Assembly (NCBI GenBank): GCA_964016885.1
Contig: OZ024740.1
Location: forward strand, 28,024,001 to 28,088,000
Direction: 5' to 3'
DNA: 64,000 bases
Source of the DNA: Eledone cirrhosa
Taxonomy: Eukaryota
Shown one piece after another: positions 41,500-52,600 of this stretch (within the stretch, counting starts at the first letter, position 1; the number at the start of each line of letters is the position of its first letter). The notes below the pieces were generated by a model, which saw only the letters and a list, made by a program, of their open reading frames with translations, was not told where the DNA came from and ran no database searches. A program made the position numbers and the translations under genes.

Positions 41500-44400
41500 T
41501 TAGTCGATTTTCCCCAATAGGGGGAGACATTTCATATGGGTAACACATACCCCCGGAAAAAAATGTGCAACCCTCATCTCCAGGAGTACGAAGGGTTTGT
41601 ACTCCTTTCCTCTCCTCCTCTTTTTCTTCAACCTACAGGCTGATATAGAGAGAAGGCCCATTCTCGCCACTTTCACCCACCTTTCATAAAACTTGCTGGG
41701 GTACAGCACCTCTCTCTCCATCCTGATTCTTCTTCCAAAGTGGTATTTGAAAAAAAGAATCAGTTGTTAGCCGGAGAGAAAGGTGTCTGACTTCAGCCCT
41801 TTCCACCTTGTCCACCATACAACCTCTTTCGCCATAGCTATCACACAAAGGAAAACCGCGTCTCCTTCGTATTTGAAGGAGGGTGGCGGTTTGATCATGA
41901 CAATGGACTCCGTGGTCAACCGGATTGGCCCCACCCGCGACAATAGTCGTTCTACATAGCCCCAAAGGTCGGTGATGCCCGGGCAGTGTATGAATGCGTG
42001 CGCGACGGTTTCTTCGTTACGCACGCACCTCGGAAAGATCATTTTTGCAGGGTCCCTGCCCGGGCGCTCATGTCTGTAGAGCTTGTCTCGAACTGGTAGA
42101 GCTCCTCGGTAGCACTGCCAGGCCAGGGACTTTTGGAAGTTGTCCATCGGTCCCGGGCAGAAGGTCCTACCGAACAGACTGGCCAGTTCGTCTTCCTCTA
42201 TGCCCAGAGTTTCACCGAGCACTTCGTGGCACTTGCTGCGGATCAACCCTCTATAGAATGACGAAGTGGAGTCTCCACTGATCGCCGGGTACGCCTGAAA
42301 GAGGGCTATGAGCGCCTGAGCACATTCGATGTGCCAGTCACCCATTTTCCTCGGTCTTTGCTTGACCCAGGACTGCAGCTCGGTCAGCGAGACGAGTCGT
42401 GGGAAGGCTTGCCTCACGAACGGGGCCCACACCGGTTGTCTGGTGAGGAATACGTAGAGATGCCGCAGTCTGAGCGCGTGTTTGCGCATCGTCAGCCACG
42501 GCATCCCCAGCCCTCCGTTGGAAGGGCGTTGGCAGCAGATGGATCTTCTCACGAAAGGATCCCGCCTCTTCCAAAGGAATTGGAAGAGCGTGCGCTCCAT
42601 TTTGGCGAGCGTTTTGGCTGGACAAGGCACGACGGTCAAGCGGTAGCAGATGGCGGACGCTATAAAAGTGTTCGCCACCTCCGCTCGGCCTTTCAAAGAT
42701 AGTTTGCACTCGCCCCACTTCTGGGTGAATGCAAACACCTTGGCCGAACCTCGTTCCAGTTCTTCTCCACCTGGAGGTCCGGACCAAACCAGACCCCGAG
42801 CAGCTTTACTGGTCCTTCCGTCCAGTGTCCGACGACGTCATCGGAAGGCATCGGTTTGCCTCTCCACGATCCGAGTTGCAAACCGATGGACTTGTCCCGA
42901 TGCAGCTTCGCTCCTGTAAACCTTTCTCTATTCCTTCAGAAAGGTGGCGACTTCCTCGATTTGCGAGGCGCTCGACACCATTACTGTCATGTCGTCGGCG
43001 TAGGCCGACGCCGCTTTCCGCAGTCCCGGTTCCAGAGGGATGCCCTGCAATAGCTCCAACTTCCGCAGTAGTGGCTCGAGAGTCAATACGTACAGAAGGG
43101 AGGAGAGAGGGCATCCCTGTCGAATGGATCGCGTGATATGGAACGGCTCTGACAGGTAGCCGTTCATCTTGACCCTTGAGCAGATGTTGCTGTTATGCAT
43201 TGCAGCAATCCAGCCCCTGAACACGGGTCCGAAGCCTGCCGCCTCGAGCACCGCATCCAGGTAACGATGGTCAACCCTATCGAAAGCCTTAGACTGATCC
43301 AAGTTGAGCAGAGACCCACTGAAGCCGGGTTTACACCCTACCCTCTCTATGATGTATCGCATGAGGTGGAGGTTGTCGTGTATGGACCTGGTCGGGATTA
43401 CGCATGTCTGCGCTTCTCCCACCAGGTTCTCGACGACAAGCGCCAGCCTCTTTGCCAACACCTTGGCCAAAATCTGTAACTCTGTGTTTAGCAGAGTTAT
43501 GGGCCGGAAGTTGCCTATGTCATCCCCCTTATTCTCGTCCTTCCTGACTAGTATGACTACGCCTCTGGTCACAGAACTGGGAATTCTCCCGTTCTGTTGC
43601 CAGTTGCAGTAGACCGCTTCCAGGAGACCGGAGAATAAGTCCGGCATTGCTACGTAAAATTCGTAGGGTAGACCGTCGAGACCTGGAGATTTGCGTTTGC
43701 CGCATTGGCTCAGCGCGTCCCCTATCTCAGCGGCTAAAATCGGCTTTTCGCAGAACTTTGCCTCGCTGTCCGAGAGTCGCGGTAGGCCCTCGAGGTATGG
43801 ACCGAAATCCATAGCCCCTCCAGGCGCGCCGCCCTGTCCGAACAGCCGAGCAAAGTACCGCTGAAAGGCCGCACACATCTGCTTCGGCTCCCGTATCACG
43901 CGTCCGTTTTGGTCCTTCAAAGACCGAATTGTGGACTTGTTGCCACTTTTTGCCTCCGTCACTCGGGACCAGCTAACAGCTTATGCTCCCTTGTTTCCCA
44001 GAGCACGTATTTTTCTTCTGACAACGCAGCCCTCATGCTTTGCTTCGAAGAACTGGCCCAAGGCCGTTCTCATTGCTAGCACGCTGGCTACGTTGCCACT
44101 TATAATTGCCTCTTCTACTTTATCTACCAGTTCTTTCTCGGTTCTATTTCTATCTAACGCTAATTCTTTACTAAAAACTAACGAGTCTAATCTAACTGCC
44201 CTCTTGAGAGAGTACCACCATCTGTTGTTGACAATGGCCCCTGTCAAGTGCTGTTTAATTAAAGTACTAATCCGTCTACTGTAGGCTTTGCATGTCGGTA
44301 ACGACAAGTTCAGCTTCCAGTAGCCGGGTCCTCGTCTATGGGTTCTATCAAGGTTGACCATGCAGGTCACTAGTTTGTGATCTGAATAGGCAACCATGAA

Positions 44401-45055
44401 CATTTGTGGACAGCTTAACATGTCCCTATCCTTATTTCTAACTAGAACCCTATCTAGGTACGATCTAGATGTTCCGCTGCGATTAGTCCACGTCCACAGT
44501 GGTACAGTCGGAAAATCTAGTCGATATCTATTGGCCAGGTCAAATCGGCCGATTAACTGTTTGAGGATGTTACACCCCCTTTATCGGGACATGCTCCCAC
44601 AGAGTCCCAACGTGCATCTAGGATTCCATTCCAGTCCCCCACTAAAAGCAAGGAGCGGGACGTTCCCAGAAAAGTCTCTAGAGGTTTGAAGAAGTCTGGC
44701 CGCGGTGTCCCGGATGAGGCATATGCGGCCACCAGCCTGAAGGCTCCACCTTCACTACCGTCAACGTCTAGGACCACCAGTCGACCCTCTGGGTCCAGAT
44801 GTACCGTCTGTGTTACGAGGCTCAGATGTTTCCGCAGCAAAACGGCAACTCCGCCCCCACACCCCGGCTGACAGAGAGATGCGTAGATCTCAAAGTCATC
44901 GAAGATGGGGGCCAGCTGTCGCTCGCTGTGGATCCTGGACCGCAAATGGCTACTACATCCATACTGTGCGACCTGAGGTCGTTTAAGAGTTTGTCCTGTT
45001 TCCAGGGCATCCCCAGGCCGCGTACATTCACACATCCAACTCTTATATTGGCCAT
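41500..45055 (-). pseudogene. LINE ORF2: APE endonuclease, reverse transcriptase and zf-RVT-like region, broken by frameshifts and stops
   Basis: APE: NVRGL, GGGVAVLL, GRLVVLD, VGDWN, SDHKLV, GYWKLN. RT: KSPGLDGLPYEFY, NFRPITLLN, LDQSKAFDRVDH, RQGCPLS, AYADD, LLGVWF. Also GGLGMP and PRC..EETVAHAFIHC. Breaks near 44940, 44570, 43981, 42930, 42740 and 41767. Confidence 0.93.
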
Positions 45056-45092
45056 GTTGGTTCTGAAAAGTTAAAAGAGGAGAAGAAAACAC

Positions 45093-46171
45093 TCACCTCT
45101 TCGTCTCCCGGGGATCAGGCCGCACGGTTTCCATAGGAGTGTTAGAGGAGTTGTCTGGGTGTGTGGTAGTTTCCGGCGAGGTGGGGACGGGGGTGTTTCG
45201 TGAGGTGGGCGTGTCTGGGGTGAGGGTGGGGAAACTTTTTAAAAGGACGCGGTTAATGGGTTTAACACAAGGATTACCCACGTCCTTAGGAAAGTTTTCC
45301 TTTAAAGACTTATAGGTGTCCGTAGGGACCCTAATCATCTTTTAATTACTTTTGTCTACACAGTTCGAAAAAGTTTTCCCTTCAGTTTTCACCGAAGGGT
45401 CGTTGGAGATGACCTCCATTAAAGTTTTGTTTTTACTGTTTATGTATGTGTAATGTTCTTGTTGTGTTGCGGTGGTTTTTGTCTGTTGTTATTGTGGGAG
45501 CTTTCGTTTTGTTGTCGGTGTTTGTGTTTGGAGTGATGTCGTGGCTTTGTTTTCGGGACGGGGGGTTTTTGTTTGTAATGTTTGTGTTGTTTGTGTTGGT
45601 GGTTGTAACTTCCATGCTTGTACCATTGAATGTGCCTCTGGAGGACTTTCCCACCGAAATGATGGTGTCTTCGTTGAAATCGATGAAGCCAGTTAGAATC
45701 CACCAGACGTTTACATTTGGTGCAATGTTCAACATTTTTATTTTTTGAGTTCTTTTTCCCATATATGTGGGGAAAAAGGTGTAAAGGGGGGGACACAATC
45801 GGCGATACAGAATATCTTTGTACTGTCAATTGGTCTTTCAACAGCACCGAAATGCTTCCAAACAGTTTCCCTTTTTGGATGAAGGCAATATCCTTCATGG
45901 AATTCTTCAGAACCAATTCAATATCGTTTTGGGATAACTGAACTGGTTTTTTCAACACATTTGAAACCGTCCTAAAAATTATTGTTTTTAGAACAGTTTC
46001 TCTGCGTAACCGTTGAGGAGAAGTGATGCTGAAAGCACCACTCTCACCAAAAGTTACGTACTGTTTTGCATCGCTTAACATTTCCTTAGCATTGGAAATG
46101 TCAAGGTATGTGAACAGTTCCGTCTTTTGGACGGTTTGAGCAAAAGAAATCTTTTCTAGATAAACATACAC
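45093..46171 (-). pseudogene. LINE ORF1 remnant (frameshifted)
   Basis: Co-oriented ORF pieces immediately upstream of ORF2 (KTIIFR..KGKLFGSISV..FPTYMGKRTQKIKMLNIAP) with a low-complexity Thr/Pro tail. Confidence 0.6.
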
Positions 46172-46205
46172 GGGTGTGTATGAATTGTGTATAGAAGATT
46201 ATATT

Positions 46206-46563
46206 AATAAAAGGAATTCCAACTTTGTCTGATTTACTCGTTTTATTTAAAATCCTTTAAAATGTATAATGGTATTAGAATGAAATAGTATGGTAGAATA
46301 TTAAATGTTAAGTGTTAATTGAACAAGTACTTTCATGCTTTCGCAATCTTCATGGTGACAGTCAAGTTTGCAATTTTCAGTTGAAATTTGCAAACTTGAC
46401 TGTCACCACACAATATGAACCTGAAGATTGCGAAAGCATGAAAGTACTTGTTCAATTAACACTTAACATTTAATATTCTACCATACTATTTCATTCTAAT
46501 ACCATTATAAATTTTAAAGGATTTTAAATAAAACGAGTAAATCAGACAAAGTTGGAATTCCTT

Positions 46564-46568
<5 letters not shown>
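46206..46568. mobile_element. 363-bp fold-back pLTR element abutting the LINE 5' end
   Basis: Near-perfect inverted arms centred at ~46380, with a 13-nt asymmetric segment; (TA)n on the right. Confidence 0.8.
46416..46454 (+). ncRNA. Compact type I hammerhead ribozyme
   Basis: TGAAC-CTGAAGA(46421-46427)-tTGC GAAA GCAt-GAAA(46440-46443)-GTAC-TT, cut after 46449, then GTTCA. GNRA loop on stem II; palindromic stem III AGTACT. Confidence 0.8.
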
Positions 46569-46598
<30 letters not shown>

Positions 46599-46972
46599 GG
46601 CGTGGGTGGATATGTACGCCCGTATATGTATGTTTGTTTGTAAAGTTATATATGTATGTTGATATTATTTTTATATTCTAAATAAATTTAATACGTATAT
46701 ATCAATGTTTGTGTGTTTATTGTATAATAATATGTTTATATACATAGAGAGATATATTTATCTCTCTGTTTGCGTTAATAGTTTTATATTGATAAATATA
46801 TTTAGTTTTATATTATTTTATATTAGATAATATGACGTTATTATATTATTTCCTACACTAATTCATCTATTCTAATATTGATTCTGTATAACTATAACCA
46901 TTTAAATATCTCAAAATATTTGCCTTCGTTAGCCTAAATGTGTTGAATGCCTGTTGTCCTTTTTTAAAAATA

Positions 46973-49463
46973 AATGTTTCTACTTTTGGCACAAGGCCAG
47001 CAAATACTCAGTACATTACTGGTACTTTATTTTATCATTCCCGGTAAGGATGAAAAGCAAAGTTAAAATAAATTAAAATAAATTTTCACCGGAGATATAT
47101 TAACAAAATTTAATAAGCAGTGGGGGCTGGATAATTATGAAAAATTAATAAGCGGGGGTGGGGGAAATTGTTCGAGAGCCAAGAGTATGTTGATAGGTTT
47201 AATATAAACAAACAATTATATGTTTCTAACATAAACACAAAATAACATATTAACAGTAGAGACAGAATATAGTTAATAATTGTTTCTAATTTTGGCACAA
47301 GGCCAGCAATTATCCCAGTGTATTACTGGTACTTTATTTTATCGACCCCGTAAGGATGAAAGGCAAAGTTAACCTCGGCGGGATTTGAACTCAGAATGAC
47401 AGGGCCGCAACTCAATGCGTCAAAGCATGGTGACCGACCCTCTACTGATACTGCCAATCCACCGATTTTTACAAATAATGAAACTAATAGAGTTGACGTG
47501 ACCAGCAGATAAGCTGGTTGTGTTTTTAGACAGTAGCCTGTTTATAACCCCACTAGGACTGGGAGGTTGGATTTCTTCAGAAGTCCTCAGGCATTCCCAG
47601 AAATATCTTGCTCATTAGTTTTAGTCGCACGTACGGAATTGAATGTTAGACGTACGTAGGGATTATTTTGGAATAGCCAATAGAACTGTATGTATGTATT
47701 GGTGTGAATGTGTGTGTGTGAGAGAAGGTTTGTGTGAGAATGAGCGTATGTGTATGTATATGTGTGTATGTATGTGTATATGTGCGAAAAACCTGGCCAA
47801 TCTGCTCAGGTAGTTCCAATTATCTGGTGGGTTTCGCCTGATTTTTCCCAAACACATTACTGTGGACTTGGACAAATAAGGGGGAGGGATCTCATTCATC
47901 TCGTACTGATATAGATATTTATAGTGTTAACGGAAAGATGGTGGGGTGGAGAAGGGGGAGTAGGAGAAGGAGAGGAGGAAGATGTGGAGGGGAGGGGGGA
48001 TATTAGCCACATGATCAGTACAAATTCCAGGGACAAAAATAATTCAGACGAAAAACAATTCAGTAAATGCTCCCATCAACTAAAATAAGGTGAAGTTAGC
48101 AAAAACAATATATTGATTATATAAGTGCACTGGTGTAATTGCAGGTACAAAACTAGTAATTACCCCAGTGATATTACATAGGGCCATAACTCTATGGCTG
48201 CAAAACATGATGTCTGACGCTCTACCGATACTACCAATCCACCACCATAATTATTTTAATTGTTTCTAGTTTTGGCACAAGGCCAGCAATTACCCAGTGC
48301 ATTACTGGTACTTTATTTTATCGACCCCGTAAGGATGAAAGGCAAAGTTAACCTCGGCGGGATTTGAACTCAGAATGGCAAGGGCCGTAAATCATGCGTC
48401 AAATCATGGTGTCCGACCCTCTACCGAATTCTGCCAATCCACCGCCGAAATTATTTTAATGATAATAAAAATCACGCCGAGGAGGACTTTGCCTTTTATT
48501 CTTCAGAGATGGAGAAATATTTGTTTCTACTTTAAGTACAAGGCCAGTAATTTGAAGGGGAGGGAGAATGTTGAGAGAATGTTGAGTATTACTGGTACTT
48601 TATTTTATTGACCTCGTAAAGCTGAAAGATAAAGCTAACCGCGGCGGGATTGGAACTCACAACGTAAAGGGCCGTAACACTTTGTTGCAAATCATATTGT
48701 CCGACTCTCTACCGATTCTGCCATTCCAACGCCATAATGTACCATTCAACTACTGGAGTCGATTGAATCGACTTTTTAATATCCTCATTGTGCCTAAGTT
48801 AGAAACAATTATAATTTTTATAAATGAAGGGTGGGTTGGCAGTATCGGTAGAGCGTCTGACAACATGCTTTTCAGCATTGTTACGTCCCTTTACGTTCTG
48901 AGTTCAAATCCTGCCGAGCTTAGCTTTGCCTTTCATCTTCACGGGGTCAATAAAATAAAGTACCAGTAATGCATTAGGGTTGAATAAATCGACTTTCCCC
49001 TCACCCCAAAAGTGTTGGCCTTGTGCCTAAATCAGAAACCATTATTAATGGAAGAGCATTACTGGTACTTTATTTTATCGACCCCGTAAGGATGAAGCAA
49101 AGTCAAATCCCATCGAGGTTAACTTTGCCTTTCATCCTTACGGGGTCGATAAAATAAAGTACCAGTAATGTACTGGTAATTGCTGGCCTTGTGCCAAAAG
49201 TAGAAACAATTATTATTGCAGGGGGTTAGATTGACAGAATTGCTAGAAAATGGGACAACATCCATTAGTGAAGGGCGATAGATTGACAGAATTGCTAGAA
49301 AGTGGGACAACATCCATTAGTGGTATTTATTGCGGTTCTTCACATTCTGTGTTTAAATCTTCCGGGTCGATAAATTAATATACCAGTTATGTACTGGGGT
49401 CTATATAACTGACTTTCTCCTTTCGCCAAATTGCTGTTCATGTGCCTAAATTAGAAACAATTA
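46973..49463. mobile_element. Cluster of about 10 tRNA-derived SINE copies and fragments
   Basis: Minus: 46973-47065, 47277-47464 (full), 48125-48247, 48257-48446 (full), 48521-48733, 49056-49112. Plus: 48755-48810, 48829-49044, 49113-49212, 49280-49463 (with a duplicated 5' segment). All share the A/B boxes and/or the GGGGTCGATAAAATAAAGTACCAG domain. Confidence 0.88.
47503..47905 (-). CDS. Candidate host-gene exons 47905-47793 and 47606-47503 (unknown product)
   Basis: AG/GT-bounded, phase-compatible, open: YEMNEIPPPYLSKSTVMCLGKIRRNPPDNWNYLSRLA-R-YFWECLRTSEEIQPPSPSGVINRLLSKNTTSLSA. Splice sites are weak and no domain was recognised. Confidence 0.25.
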
Positions 49464-49634
49464 TTGAAGATTTACACAATAAATATGAACATTTCTGGAT
49501 CTCCTTCTATCTGTCGAGTCTTAAAGAGATAGGACCTTATAGAGATAGTATTTTCCTGAGTGCAGTATTGAAAAGGGGAGTTTTTTTTTTGTAGAAGTGG
49601 AATTTGTGATACGGGATCTATAAGGACCTTAGAC

Positions 49635-52600
49635 AGATATTTTCCTGAGTATATGTGATTTTCCTGAGTATATGTGATCTTCTTGAGAATATGTGATTTT
49701 CCTGAGTATATGTGATCTTCCTGAGTATATGTGATTTTCCTGAGTATATGTGATTTCCCTGAGTAAATGTGATCTTCCTGAGTATATACGATTTCACTGG
49801 GTATATGTGATTTTCCTGACTATATGTGATTTTCATGAGTATATGAGATTTTCCGAGTATATGTTATTTTCCTGACTATATGTGATTTTCCTGAGTATAT
49901 GTGATTTTCCTGCCTATTTCTGATTTTCCTGACTGTATGTGATTTTCCTGACTATATGTGATATGCCTGAGTATATGTGATCTTCCTGAGTATATGTGAT
50001 TTTCCTGAGTATATGTAATTTCCCCGAGTATATGTGATTTTCCTGAGTATATGTGATTTTCCTGATTATATGTGATTTTCCTGAGTATATGTGATTTCCC
50101 TGACTATATATGATTTTCCTGACTAAATGTGATTTTCCTGAGTATATGTGATCTTCCTGAGTATATGTGATCTTCCTGAGTATATGTGATTTTCCTGAGT
50201 ATTTGTAATTTCCCCGAGTATATGTGATTTTCCTGAGTATATGTGATTTTCCTGATTATATGTGATTTTCCTGAGTGTATGTGATTTCCCTGACTATATA
50301 TGATTTTCCTGACTAAATGTGATTTTCCTGAGTATATGTGATCTTCCTGAGTATATGTGATTTTCATGAGTGTATGTGATTTCCCTGAGTATATGTGATT
50401 TTCCTGATTATATGTGATTTTCCTGAGTATATGTGATTTTCCTGAATATATGTGATTTTCCTGACTATATGTGAATTTCGTGACTATATGTGAGTTTTCT
50501 GAGTATATGTGATTTCCCTGACTATATGTTATTTTCCTGAGTATATGTGATTTTCCTGAGTATATGTTATTTCCATGAGTATATGTGATTTTCATGAGTA
50601 TATATGATTTTCCTGAATATATGTCATTTTCCTGAGTATATGTAATTTTCCTGACTATATGTGATTTTCCTGAGTATATGTGATTTCCCTGACTATATGT
50701 GATTTTCCTGAGTATATGTGATTTTCCTGAGTATATGTGATTTCCCTGAGTATATGTGATTTTCCTGAGTATATGTGATTTTCCTGAATATATGTGATTT
50801 CACTGGGTATATGTGATTTTCCTGACTATATGTGATTTCACTGGGTATATGTGATTTTCCTGACTATATGTGATTTTCGTGAGTATATGTGATTTTCCTG
50901 AGTATATGTGATATTCCTGAGTATATGTGATTTTCATGATTATATGTGATTTTAATGAGTATATGTGATTTTCCTGAGTATATGTGATTTCCCTGAGTAT
51001 ATGTGATTTTCATGAGTATATGTGATTTCACTAGGTATATGTGATTTTCCTGACTATATTTGATTTTCCTGACTATATGTGATTTCATTGGGTATATGTG
51101 ATTTTCCTGAGTATATGTGATTTTCCTGAGTATATGTGATTTTCCTGACTATATGTGATTTTCCTGACTATATGTGATTTTCCTGAGTATACGTGATTTT
51201 CCTGACTATATGTGATTTTCTTGAGTATATGTGATTTTCCTGAGTATATGTGATTTTCCTGAGTATATGTGATTTCCCTGAGTATATGTGATTTTCCTGA
51301 CTATTTGTGATTTTCCTGACTGTATGTGATTTTCCTGAGTATATGTGATTTTCCTGACTATATGTGATTTTCCTGAGTATATGTGATTTCCCTGACTATA
51401 TGTGATTTTCCTGAGTATATGTGATTTTCCTGAGTATATGTGATTTTTCTGAGTATATGTGATCTTCCTGAGTATATGTGATTTCCCTGACTATATGTGA
51501 TTTTCCTGATTATATGTGATCTTCCTGAGTATATCTGATTTTCCTGAGTATATGTGATTTCCCTGAGTATATGTGATTTTCCTGAGTACATGTGATTTTC
51601 AAGACTATATGTGATTTTCCTGAGTATATGTTATTTTCATGACTATGTGATTTTCATGAAAATATGTGATTTTCCTGAGTATATGTGATTTTCCTGAGTA
51701 TATGTGATTTTCCTGAGTGTATGTGATTTTCCTGAGTATATGTGATTTTCCTGACTATATGTGGTTTTCTTGAGTATATGTGATCTTCCTGAGTATATGT
51801 GATTTTCCTGAGTATAAGCGATTTTCCTGAGTATATGTGATTTTCCTGACTATATGAGATCTTCCTGAGTTTATATGATTTTCCTGAATATATGTGATTT
51901 TCCTGAGTATATGTGATTTTCCTGAGTATATATGATTTTCCTGACTATATGTGATTTCCCTGAGTATATGTGATTTGTCTGAGTATATGTGATTTCACTA
52001 GGTATATGTGATTTTCCTGAGTATGTGTGATTTTCCTGAGTATATGTGATTTCCTGACTATATGTGATTTTCTTGAGTATATGTGATTTTCCTGAGTATA
52101 AGTGATTTCCCTGAGTATATGTGATTTTCCTGACTATTTGTAATTTTCCTGGCTGTATGTGATTTTCTTGACTATATGTGATTTTCCTGAGTATATGTGA
52201 TTTCCCTGACTATATGTGATTTCCCGGAGTATATGTGATTTTCCTGAGTATATGTGATCTTCCTGAGTATATGTGATTTTCCTGAGTATATGTGATTTTC
52301 CTGACTATATGTGATTTTCCTGAGTATATGTGATCTTCCTGAGTATATGTGATTTTCCTGAGTATATGCGATTTCCCTGAGTATATGTGATTTTCCTGAG
52401 TATATGTGATTTTCATGACTATATGTGATTTTCCTGAATATATGTGATTTTCCTGACTATATGTGATTTTCCTGACAATATGTGATTTTCCTGAGTATGT
52501 GTGATTTCCCTGAGTATATGTGATTTTCATGAGAATATGTGATATTCCTGAGTATATGTGACTTTCCTGATTATATGTGATTTTCCTGAGTATATGTGAT

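Larger units (their letters stand above)
41393..46171 (-). mobile_element. L1/Tx1-type non-LTR retrotransposon, near full length, inactivated
   Basis: ORF1 plus ORF2 (APE, RT, Cys/His C-terminus); the 3' end CCCTTGTGGCTAATAAAGAAAC runs into (AT)n. Confidence 0.92.

Noticed and set aside
41994-45074. Plus-strand ORFs over the LINE
   Set aside because: Antisense shadows of the GC-rich ORF2 with no independent motifs.
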